The translations under genes were made by a program, and so were the position numbers. A stretch of 64,000 nt of DNA, taken from NCBI GenBank assembly GCA_027451445.1, contig DAIDJG010000067.1:414-64413 (forward strand). Reading direction: 5' to 3'. The notes beneath the pieces were generated by a model. The model had not been told where the DNA came from. It ran no database searches and saw only the letters and a list, made by a program, of their open reading frames with translations. Positions 18,615 to 26,313 of this stretch are shown here, piece after piece; the stretch's first letter is position 1, and each line of letters starts with the position of its first letter. The DNA is from Singulisphaera sp. (GTDB taxonomy: Bacteria; Planctomycetota; Planctomycetia; Isosphaerales; Isosphaeraceae).

Positions 18615-19940
18615 ATGGCCCAGAACCTCGATCCGACGACCCGGCTCTACCGCGCGTGCAATCCCAACGAGTCGCTCGAGCCCACCGACGACCGGTATGT
18701 GGTTTGCGATGAGGTGCGCGGTGCGAATGTCGTCGAATCCTTCGAGCGTTGTCTGCGGTTGGCCGACCCTGAGAAGCCTGAGGTAAAGATGTTCGCCGGA
18801 CATCGCGGCGTGGGTAAGACCAGCGAGCTTTACCGGCTCAAAGCCCATCTCGAGAATCCGCCTTCCGTCAAGAAGCCGTCCTCATTTGAGGTGATCTATT
18901 TCGACGTCAGCGAGTTGTTGGACGTCAACGATCTCGACTTTCCCGACCTACTGGTCTGCACAGTTGCCGAAGTCCAGCGTCAACTTCGCGGGGCGAATCT
19001 CGAAGGATTCAATCCAGTCACCACTTCCCTCCAACGGTTGTGGGACGAGGTAAAGGGAGCCCTTGGCGCGAAACTGTACCTCAAAGACGCGAAAATCAAC
19101 GTCCCCTTCGGTGACTTAACTGCCGAGTTCAAGTACCGCCCGAACGCCCGCGCGGAACTCCGTGACGCTGTTGAATTGCGAAACCATGACTTACTCGCCG
19201 CCGTCAACGATCTCTTGAAAGCGGCGACGATCGCCCTCCTTCAAGCTGGCAAAGACGGCTTAGCCCTCATCATCGACGGCCTGGACAAATTGATCTGTCG
19301 AGAGGTAAAGGAGGGCAAGACCACGCACGATCGGCTCTTCCTTGACCGCAGTGACCAATTGGCGAGCCTGAATGCTCACACAATCTATACCGTACCGATC
19401 TCGCTTTTCTACTCACCCCGCACGGCTCAGGTTGAACAAGCCTTCGGCGAACACAATGTCCCGGTCTCCATGATCAATCTCAGGGGTGATAACCGATCGG
19501 AGCCAACTTCCAGCACGCCCGGCATGCAGACGATGTGGAAGATGATCGAGGCTCGATGCCGGTATGCGGACGTGGATATCGGCAACGCGTTCGACAAGCC
19601 CGAGACGGGTCACTATCTCTGCAGGATGACTGGCGGGCATCCCCGTCATTTAATGATGTTCTTGCGCTCATCAATCGGCGCGATCGACAAGCTGCCGATC
19701 ACGCGCAAGGCCGCCGAACTCGCCGTCAGAAACTACGCGAACAGCCTGTTTCGCGAGATTCCCGATGACTTTTGGGAGAACCTTCGCCAGTTCGGCGAGC
19801 CTTGCGATGATATGCCCAAGGACGCGGTGCACCAGGAAATGCTTTACCTTCTCCACATTTTTGAATACATGAACGGTCGACCCTGGTACGAGGTGAACCC
19901 TGTCATCCGCACTCTCCCCAAATATGGTGTCGCGACTTGA
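18615..19940 (+). CDS. P-loop NTPase, STAND/AAA(ORC-like)-type, no recognisable effector or sensor domain
   Basis: Walker A 'FAGHRGVGKTSEL', Walker B-like 'LALIIDGLDKL', and a GxP-like 'MTGGHPRHL'. ATG at 18615; the listed ORF starts at 18549. Confidence 0.75.
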   Translation: MAQNLDPTTRLYRACNPNESLEPTDDRYVVCDEVRGANVVESFERCLRLADPEKPEVKMFAGHRGVGKTSELYRLKAHLENPPSVKKPSSFEVIYFDVSELLDVNDLDFPDLLVCTVAEVQRQLRGANLEGFNPVTTSLQRLWDEVKGALGAKLYLKDAKINVPFGDLTAEFKYRPNARAELRDAVELRNHDLLAAVNDLLKAATIALLQAGKDGLALIIDGLDKLICREVKEGKTTHDRLFLDRSDQLASLNAHTIYTVPISLFYSPRTAQVEQAFGEHNVPVSMINLRGDNRSEPTSSTPGMQTMWKMIEARCRYADVDIGNAFDKPETGHYLCRMTGGHPRHLMMFLRSSIGAIDKLPITRKAAELAVRNYANSLFREIPDDFWENLRQFGEPCDDMPKDAVHQEMLYLLHIFEYMNGRPWYEVNPVIRTLPKYGVAT

Positions 19941-21330
19941 TTCGCCTCTCTGCGGCGAATCGTTTCGCTCGCTGCGCCGCGGGCTCGCGCGGTCCGACGG
20001 CTTTGCGCTCTTCATCGCGGTGTGTAACCGTCCGATCGACCGAGACGCGCTGATCGAAGCGCTTGCGGAATCGATGCCGGACGCGCCGCCTGTGATCGTT
20101 CGTGTAGACGCTAAAACGATAGACCTGCTCCACGAGACTTCACTTCAGGCAGAAACGAATCCGCTGGGGCCTTTGATGCTGGTCGACCTGGAGAAAGCTG
20201 TACCGTCGGTGGTGAATGATCATGCCGTATTGCGAGTCCTCAACCTCCAGCGTCCGAAGTGGCCCGTACAGATCGCGCGTCCAGTCGTCTTCTGGGTGGC
20301 AGATTATTTGTTCACACTTCTTTGTCGCGAATCGCCTGACTTTGTTGATTGGCGCAGCGATACTTTTTTCTTTTCAGAGTTGACGGATATCGAACTTCGA
20401 CCACTTCAATCAGAGCCATGGCAGGGCGGCCTTGACGGTCGCCTCACGGAGCCAGAGCGCCGAGCGCGGATACGCGAACTGCGCTCACGGCTCACGTCGG
20501 CGCTAAGAAGCAATCATCCCTTCGTTCTGTCGACCCACGCCGATTGGCTCAACGAACTGGGCAAGCATCTCGAATTACTCGGTGAATTCGATGAAGCAGA
20601 GCGCCTTTACCTTCAGGCCCTTGCGATTTATGAGACGCTCGGCCGTCGGCATGCGATGGCCAACGCCTATGGAAATATCGGGGGGTTGTATCAGGTTCGT
20701 CGAGATCTGGGACGCGCCGAGACGATGCTTTGCAAAGCCTTGGAGATCGAGAAGGCGCTCGGTCATTGGCAGGGGGTCGCCAATGTCTACAGAAGCCTCG
20801 GCGGCTTAAACTGGACGCGTGGAGATCTCGATCAAGCCGAGGCAATGGTTCTCAAAGCGCTGGAGCTCAACGAAGGGCGTAGTAATCGGGAGGGCATGGC
20901 CAAATCCTTCGAAAGTCTTGGCTTGATCTACCAAACTCGTGGAGATCTGGACCGCGCCGTGGAGATGATTCGCAAAGGTCTGGAGATCGAGAAGGCGCTC
21001 GGTCGTCAGCAGGACGCGGCCAACTCCTACGGGAACCTTGGTCTGATTTACCTGGAACGTGGAGATCTCGATCAAGCCGAGGCAATGCTCCGAAAAGCCC
21101 TCCTCATCGATGAGATGCTCGGATGGCGCCTGGGGATGGCCAGGGCGTACGGAGGCCTCGCGTTGATCGCTGGACAGCGTGGTGACATGGAGGCGTCACG
21201 AGCTCTCCTGTTTCGTTCGCAGGAACTCTTCAACGTTATTGGCATACCACGTGCAAGTGAGGGTATCGGGCGGCTACTTGACTCTCTAACTGCTGAACCG
21301 AGCGGGCTGAAGCAGGCGAAACTTCGTTGA
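19924..21330 (+). CDS. TPR-repeat protein (TPR_10/12-like 40-aa repeats) with a conserved non-TPR N-terminal domain
   Basis: The ATG at 19924 overlaps the upstream stop by 17 nt. N-domain 'GFALFIAVCNRPIDRDALIEAL...PVVFWVADYL...PDFVDWRSDTFFF'. At least 6 repeats of the form 'G(N/S)LGLIY..RGDLDQAEAM..KALEIEKALG'. 30-nt identical DNA blocks lie at 20818 and 21058 (240-bp period). Confidence 0.85.
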   Translation: MVSRLDSPLCGESFRSLRRGLARSDGFALFIAVCNRPIDRDALIEALAESMPDAPPVIVRVDAKTIDLLHETSLQAETNPLGPLMLVDLEKAVPSVVNDHAVLRVLNLQRPKWPVQIARPVVFWVADYLFTLLCRESPDFVDWRSDTFFFSELTDIELRPLQSEPWQGGLDGRLTEPERRARIRELRSRLTSALRSNHPFVLSTHADWLNELGKHLELLGEFDEAERLYLQALAIYETLGRRHAMANAYGNIGGLYQVRRDLGRAETMLCKALEIEKALGHWQGVANVYRSLGGLNWTRGDLDQAEAMVLKALELNEGRSNREGMAKSFESLGLIYQTRGDLDRAVEMIRKGLEIEKALGRQQDAANSYGNLGLIYLERGDLDQAEAMLRKALLIDEMLGWRLGMARAYGGLALIAGQRGDMEASRALLFRSQELFNVIGIPRASEGIGRLLDSLTAEPSGLKQAKLR

Positions 21331-21353
21331 CGACCTCGTTGAGACAAGATTCC

Positions 21354-22313
21354 TCATGCGCCCCCGGTAGCTCTCGAACGCGACCCTCTCCCTTTCCCCC
21401 CCGCCATCGGATCTTCTCCCCCCTCGAGCGCTTGCCCCACGCGCGTATCGCTCAATCGCTCCTGCACCCGTGCCGCGTACTCCGGAGAAAGCTCGAACCC
21501 CACAAACTTCCGCCCGAGCTTCTTGGCCGTGATGAGCGTCGTGCCGCTGCCGCCAAACGGGTCAAGGACGGTCTCGCCCTCGTTCGAGCACGCCCGGATG
21601 ATCCGGCCGAGCAACTGTTCCGGCATCTGGCAGCCGTGGAAGCCAGCTCGCTCCTTGAACGTGCCGCAGACGCGGGGGAAATACCAGGTATCACTGTCAC
21701 CTGAAAAGCCGTTCGGCACATCCTGGGGCCGGAGGATCCAGGTGTCGTCAGGGAGGCGCCCTTCGGGGTTGGCGCGGCTGTCGAAGTACACGAGCTGCCG
21801 TGCAGAGGGCACGCGGACGGGCTGGTCGTTGAACGTGTAGTTCTTGGGGTCCTTCACGAAGTGAAACAAATGAGCGTGGCTGCGGGCGAACTTCTTCGTG
21901 CAGTGGACGCCGAAGGTGTAGTACCAGATCACCCAGCTCCGCAACGAAAACCCCAGATCGCGGTGGAAGATCACCTTCAGCTCAGCCGCGAACTCGTCGC
22001 CGATCGCCAGCCAGAACGCGCCTGAAGGTTTGAGCACTCGCTTCACCTGTTCGCCCCACTGGCGCGACCAGTCGAGGTACTGCTCGGCGCTGCGGCGGTC
22101 GTTGTAGACGTCGTAGTCGTAGCCGATGTTGAACGGTGGGTCGGCGAAGACGAGGTCGACCGAGCCGGTTTCGATCCCCGGAAAGAGTTCGAGGCAGTCG
22201 CCTTGGTGGAGTTGGTTGAGGGCCAACGCTTCGGGCGGTGGATTCGGGTCGGGCATTGTCGTCGATGAGTCCGAGGGAAGTTGGATCGCGAGTTCGGAGG
22301 AATTATACTCCAT
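21354..22313 (-). CDS. Beta-class N6-adenine/N4-cytosine DNA methyltransferase (N4/N6 MTase family), apparently orphan
   Basis: Motif IV '[12 protein letters not shown]' precedes motif I '[12 protein letters not shown]'. No adjacent endonuclease-like ORF was found. The start is ambiguous (22313 ATG or 22325 GTG). Confidence 0.9.
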   Translation of the reverse strand: MEYNSSELAIQLPSDSSTTMPDPNPPPEALALNQLHQGDCLELFPGIETGSVDLVFADPPFNIGYDYDVYNDRRSAEQYLDWSRQWGEQVKRVLKPSGAFWLAIGDEFAAELKVIFHRDLGFSLRSWVIWYYTFGVHCTKKFARSHAHLFHFVKDPKNYTFNDQPVRVPSARQLVYFDSRANPEGRLPDDTWILRPQDVPNGFSGDSDTWYFPRVCGTFKERAGFHGCQMPEQLLGRIIRACSNEGETVLDPFGGSGTTLITAKKLGRKFVGFELSPEYAARVQERLSDTRVGQALEGGEDPMAGGKGRGSRSRATGGA

Positions 22314-22345
22314 ACGCAACCCCACGCATCCTCGGTACTCTCGGA

Positions 22346-22816
22346 CTAGGTGTTCGGGAATTCCTGTCCAAAGATCTCGGACACCCTGGCAGCGCGAAAG
22401 TCGAAAATCGCCTCCACGTTGGCTCTCACCATCAAGACGTGCACGAGTCGGCCCAGGGGCCCAAAGGGGAGGGCATAGCGAACCTCGTCGCGCATGAGGG
22501 TCCCCCCGTTAAGCGGCTCGAAACTATGGGTGTGATACCAGAGTCGGTACGGACCCTTCAGTTGCACATCCACAAACCCCGTGGGCGGCGTCCAGCTCTG
22601 AATCTCGGTGAGCCAGCGGAGGGGAATGCCATGCCAGCGCAACTGGTAGCGGATCAGGGTTCCTGCCTGAATCGGCAGCGGGTTGACAGAAACGATTCGA
22701 AAACCCAGCCACGCCGGCGTGAGCGCTTCGAGGTTCCGAGCTTCGGCAAAGAACGCGAACACCTCGTCGATCGGCCGGGGGATCCGCTGTTCGCGGCGCA
22801 GCACATAGTGACTCAT
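22346..22816 (-). CDS. SRPBCC (START/cyclase-dehydrase-like) ligand-binding domain protein
   Basis: ATG at 22816 gives '[23 protein letters not shown]'. '[27 protein letters not shown]' resembles the COG4276-type family. Confidence 0.8.
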   Translation of the reverse strand: MSHYVLRREQRIPRPIDEVFAFFAEARNLEALTPAWLGFRIVSVNPLPIQAGTLIRYQLRWHGIPLRWLTEIQSWTPPTGFVDVQLKGPYRLWYHTHSFEPLNGGTLMRDEVRYALPFGPLGRLVHVLMVRANVEAIFDFRAARVSEIFGQEFPNT

Positions 22817-22918
22817 CTCAGGCACCGTCACAGACTCCGAAGGCTTCTCGGCAAGAACCAACCCATCCAGAACACATGCCGGCGAGTTTGCACCCAACTC
22901 GCGCGGAACAACGCGCGA

Positions 22919-23968
22919 TCACGGTTCTTGCGATGTCCTCATGCGAATCGCGTGGAGCGCAGTGTTCTGAATTTGGCGAACGCGTTCCCTGGAGACGTCG
23001 AGCAGCGCACCCACCTGACTGAGAGAAAGCCGCGGAGCTCCGCCTAATCCGAAGCGGTGAATGAGCACCTGCCGCTCCCGAGGGCGCAGAAAGCTGAACC
23101 ATTCCGCAATGGTCTCGTTCCGGTCCGTCTCGCCGCCATAGTGGTGCTGAAAATCGAGCAGACCGTCGTCGGGGGAAATTCGGGTGGAATCGAGCGAGAT
23201 GGCAGGCCGAGTGGCCGAGCGAATCCGTTGCACCAACTCGGCGGCCATGCCCTGTTGACTGCGTTCGTGGGCAAACTCCGGCTCGCTTCGGGCTTCGGCC
23301 CGGGCCAATGCGCGAAGATGGCGCGGGGTCAGGCTGACCGGATAGGCGCTCGCGGCCACGCTGCACTGGATGGCCTGGCGAATCCACCACATCGCGTAGG
23401 TTGACAGCTTCGTCGGGTGTGCCAGGTCGAACCGATCAATCGCATCAAGCAGGCCGCAGAAGCCGTCCTGAAGGAGATCCGAGTAGGCAACGCCGCGGTT
23501 ACGATACCGCTTGGCGACGTAAGCAACCAACCCCATATTCGCCAGCGCCAACTCGGCGCGAAATTCGAAGTAGCGCTCAAACACGGCGGCGAGCCTGTAA
23601 TCGGAGCGGTCGAGTTGGCGATAGGCGTCGGCCAGCAGGCGGTGACGGACGCGCGCGTCTTCGGCCTGAGATGCGTCAGCGTGCTCCGCCGTTCTTGCAA
23701 GCGCCCCGGCGAGCGTTCGACGACAATCGGCCAACCCTTCGAGCAACTCACGTTCCCGAGTCGAACCGAGAAGCCCGGTCGAGTCACCTTCTTCCCTCTT
23801 CACCGCCCCGGAACCGCTCACGCTCGTCTCTCCGACTGAAAGCCGAGGACGATGCCGGCACGCTGCATGCGGACCGAAACGTCCAAATCGTCCAATTAAT
23901 GAATATGCCCGGTCCCTCCGCTCCGTCAAGAGCAGTTGGCGTTTTTCCGGAGGCGTCCCGACTTTCAC
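22919..23968 (-). CDS. Sigma-70 family RNA polymerase sigma factor (regions 2-4; group 3-like)
   Basis: Region 2 'DLLQDGFCGLLDAIDRFDLAHPTKLSTYAMWWIRQAI'. Region 4 'LSLSQVGALLDVSRERVRQIQNTAL'. The start is uncertain (GTG at 23968). Confidence 0.85.
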   Translation of the reverse strand: MKVGTPPEKRQLLLTERRDRAYSLIGRFGRFGPHAACRHRPRLSVGETSVSGSGAVKREEGDSTGLLGSTRERELLEGLADCRRTLAGALARTAEHADASQAEDARVRHRLLADAYRQLDRSDYRLAAVFERYFEFRAELALANMGLVAYVAKRYRNRGVAYSDLLQDGFCGLLDAIDRFDLAHPTKLSTYAMWWIRQAIQCSVAASAYPVSLTPRHLRALARAEARSEPEFAHERSQQGMAAELVQRIRSATRPAISLDSTRISPDDGLLDFQHHYGGETDRNETIAEWFSFLRPRERQVLIHRFGLGGAPRLSLSQVGALLDVSRERVRQIQNTALHAIRMRTSQEP

Positions 23969-24101
23969 GACGGAGCAGCCGGCGTGCCGCCGCCCACCTT
24001 CTCGTCGGGGTCACAGGAATCGTGGTTGCTCGCGCCAGGGGGAATGCCTACACTGAAACCGAACGACCGAAACGTTCAAGAAACCATGGCGCTGGTCGCG
24101 T

Positions 24102-25010
24102 ATGACGCAACCTCAGTACATCAGCACGGCCGAGGCCGCCCGGGCGTTGGGCGTCGGTGTTTCGACCGTGAAGCGATGGGTGGACGAGGGAATTCTGCCC
24201 GCTCACAAAACGGCAGGGGGACATCGCAAGCTCCTTGTGGCCGACGTGCTGCGCCTCGTCCGGGAGGGGGATTTCCCGCAACGGGACCTCAGCGGGCTTC
24301 AGCTTGCCGTCGAGACGCAGGGGCAACGCGATCCGAAGATCCTCGCGCAACAGTTGCTTTCCGCACTCAAGCGGGGAGATGCGCACGCCGTGCGTTCGCT
24401 GATCCACGGCTCGTACGCGTCCGGCGTTGCGCTCGAGACCCTGGCCGACTTCGTGATCGCGCCCGCGATGATTCAATTGGGTCACGAGTGGGAGACCGGC
24501 GAGATTGGTGTCTTCCACGAGCACAGGGGCACGCGACTCTGCCAATCGACACTCTATGAGCTCAAGGCCACCCTGGAGGCACCGGACGACCGCGGGCGCC
24601 CGCTCGCGGTCGGCGGAAGTCCGGAAGGCGACTACTACGTCCTGGCCAGCCTTCTGGCAGAGATGGTCTTGCTCGACGCGGGGTGGCAGGCGATCGACCT
24701 TGGCCCGCACACGCCGCTCGTTTCCTTCCGTCAGGCGCTCTCGGAATTGCGTCCGCGGCTCTTGTGGATCTCGGTGAGCGACCTCGCGGATCGGGACCGT
24801 TTCCTCAGTGAGTATCGTGTGCTTTATGAGGAAGCCGAACGGGCCGGGGTAGCCGTGGTGGTCGGCGGCCGCGGGCTGACCGACGCGGTACGTTCGGCCA
24901 TGCCGTACACTTGCCACGGCGACGGCCTCCGGCACCTTGGAGCATTCGCCCGCTCGCAGCACCGGCCCCCACGCCGGCCAAAACGGGGCCGCCCTTCGCA
25001 CAACGACTGA
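24102..25010 (+). CDS. HTH (MerR/excisionase HTH_17-type) regulator fused to a cobalamin (B12)-binding domain, CarH/LitR-like
   Basis: N-terminus 'ISTAEAARALGVGVSTVKRWVDEG'. 'W-ETGEIGVFH-EH' matches the CarH Wx9EH motif. The Rossmann part reads 'LAVGGSPEGDYYVLAS..DLGPHTP..WISVSDL..VVVGG'. Confidence 0.8.
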   Translation: MTQPQYISTAEAARALGVGVSTVKRWVDEGILPAHKTAGGHRKLLVADVLRLVREGDFPQRDLSGLQLAVETQGQRDPKILAQQLLSALKRGDAHAVRSLIHGSYASGVALETLADFVIAPAMIQLGHEWETGEIGVFHEHRGTRLCQSTLYELKATLEAPDDRGRPLAVGGSPEGDYYVLASLLAEMVLLDAGWQAIDLGPHTPLVSFRQALSELRPRLLWISVSDLADRDRFLSEYRVLYEEAERAGVAVVVGGRGLTDAVRSAMPYTCHGDGLRHLGAFARSQHRPPRRPKRGRPSHND

Positions 25011-25027
25011 GAGTCTGTCCCAATAGG

Positions 25028-25157
25028 GCGGGAAGCGAGAAATGGGGACTGGCTCCGGACGTCTTTGGACGGTGCCTGTCCCCATTTCTCGCTTCCCGCT
25101 CCGCCGGAAAACGGGGACAGGCACCTCGAAGACTCGGAGCCAGTCCCCGTTTTCCGG
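25028..25157. repeat. Two adjacent long hairpin repeat units in inverted orientation (REP-like palindromic element), possibly a terminator
   Basis: 25028-25049 is the perfect reverse complement of 25078-25099 (22 bp). 25104-25118 is the reverse complement of 25143-25157 (15 bp). The two loops are mutually complementary. The element starts 18 nt after the stop at 25010. Confidence 0.8.
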
Positions 25158-26313
25158 CTCCGCTCCACTTCCGGGACAGACTCTGAGCTCCGCAACCACC
25201 CGAACAGGGTCATTGCGATTCCGAGCCTATCTGCGAAAACACCTGCTACCGGATCATGTGGAGCGGGAAGCCCGAAGATCGTCATCTCCCCTCATTGGCC
25301 GACCAACGCTTTTCACCCCGCCCGGACATTTCGTTGATTCCGATCGGTGGCCCGCGGCGTAGCACACGGCACGCCGGACGTCGAGTCAGGACACGTTGAA
25401 GCAAGGGCCTCCTGCGGAAGACGGCTTATCCGTGCAATCACATTAAAGGTCAAAGACCTGTTGTCTATCAGCTTATTACAGCCGATTCGATAATTGAATC
25501 TCAGTGCTCTTTCTCGCTTTTTTAGGAATTTTAATTGCCACGCGCGATTGGACTCGCTAACATCATCGCCGCTGCGGTTCTCACCTCCCCCGGGGGAGAG
25601 CTTGACGAGCGCACTAACCATTACCGACGAAGTTCGGCTGACGGTCCCCCCCAGAGTGCCGACTTTTTTGCGTCAGACCTCGACTCCGCGCCGGGATTGA
25701 TGGGCAATCGCGCGTTCTTTTTCTCATAGCTCTTCCAAAAAAGGGGTCTACATTTTGTGCGCCCGGGTTCGATCCGGGCTTGGGACCGTGCGCCTTGACG
25801 TCTGGAGCCGGGACTCCTCAGTGCGTTCCGCACGGAACCGGCTCAGCTTGCGTATGTTTTCGACCACGTTGTCGCAGCCGATGGTAGCGAAGAATCATCG
25901 GCACGAATCGGGAAGACTCTGTCCACGCGATTGACGCGTAAGATCAGCGAAGCGGGTGATCGGAACGTCACCCGGATCAACAACCGCTGATCGTGTCGTG
26001 CAGAGCCCCCAGTGGGGGTAGCGCCGAACAAGGTGGCTCGGCGATCGACGAAAGTGGCACCGAAAGTCTTCGGACTATGCGGCGCCATCCGCTACCGGTG
26101 CGCAGCCTGGTTAGGCAGTAAGGGCTGGGCCGGACACGTTGATGTGCGCGCGATATTAAGCACGCACGAATGGTCTCGCGACCATGGATCGCGAGATCCC
26201 GACCGCCGTCCGCGCACGCGCGCGGCGGCCTTGGCCGGGGTAGGGGCTCGTCCGTCTCATTTCAACGATTTGAACTGCATTTCATCCTTGAGCACGTCAT
26301 CAGGAGACGCAGC

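Noticed and set aside
24048-25199. 383-aa minus-strand ORF across the CarH-like gene and the palindromic repeat.
   Set aside because: It is antisense to a gene with clear HTH and B12 motifs. Its N-terminal part is simply the translation of the repeat element.
25761-25777. tRNA T-arm-like sequence 'cccgg-gttcgat-ccggg'. It raised the possibility of a tRNA, tmRNA or att-site remnant.
   Set aside because: No complementary acceptor 5' strand, D-arm or anticodon arm can be folded from the preceding about 60 nt. No CCA or integrase is nearby. It is treated as a simple hairpin.
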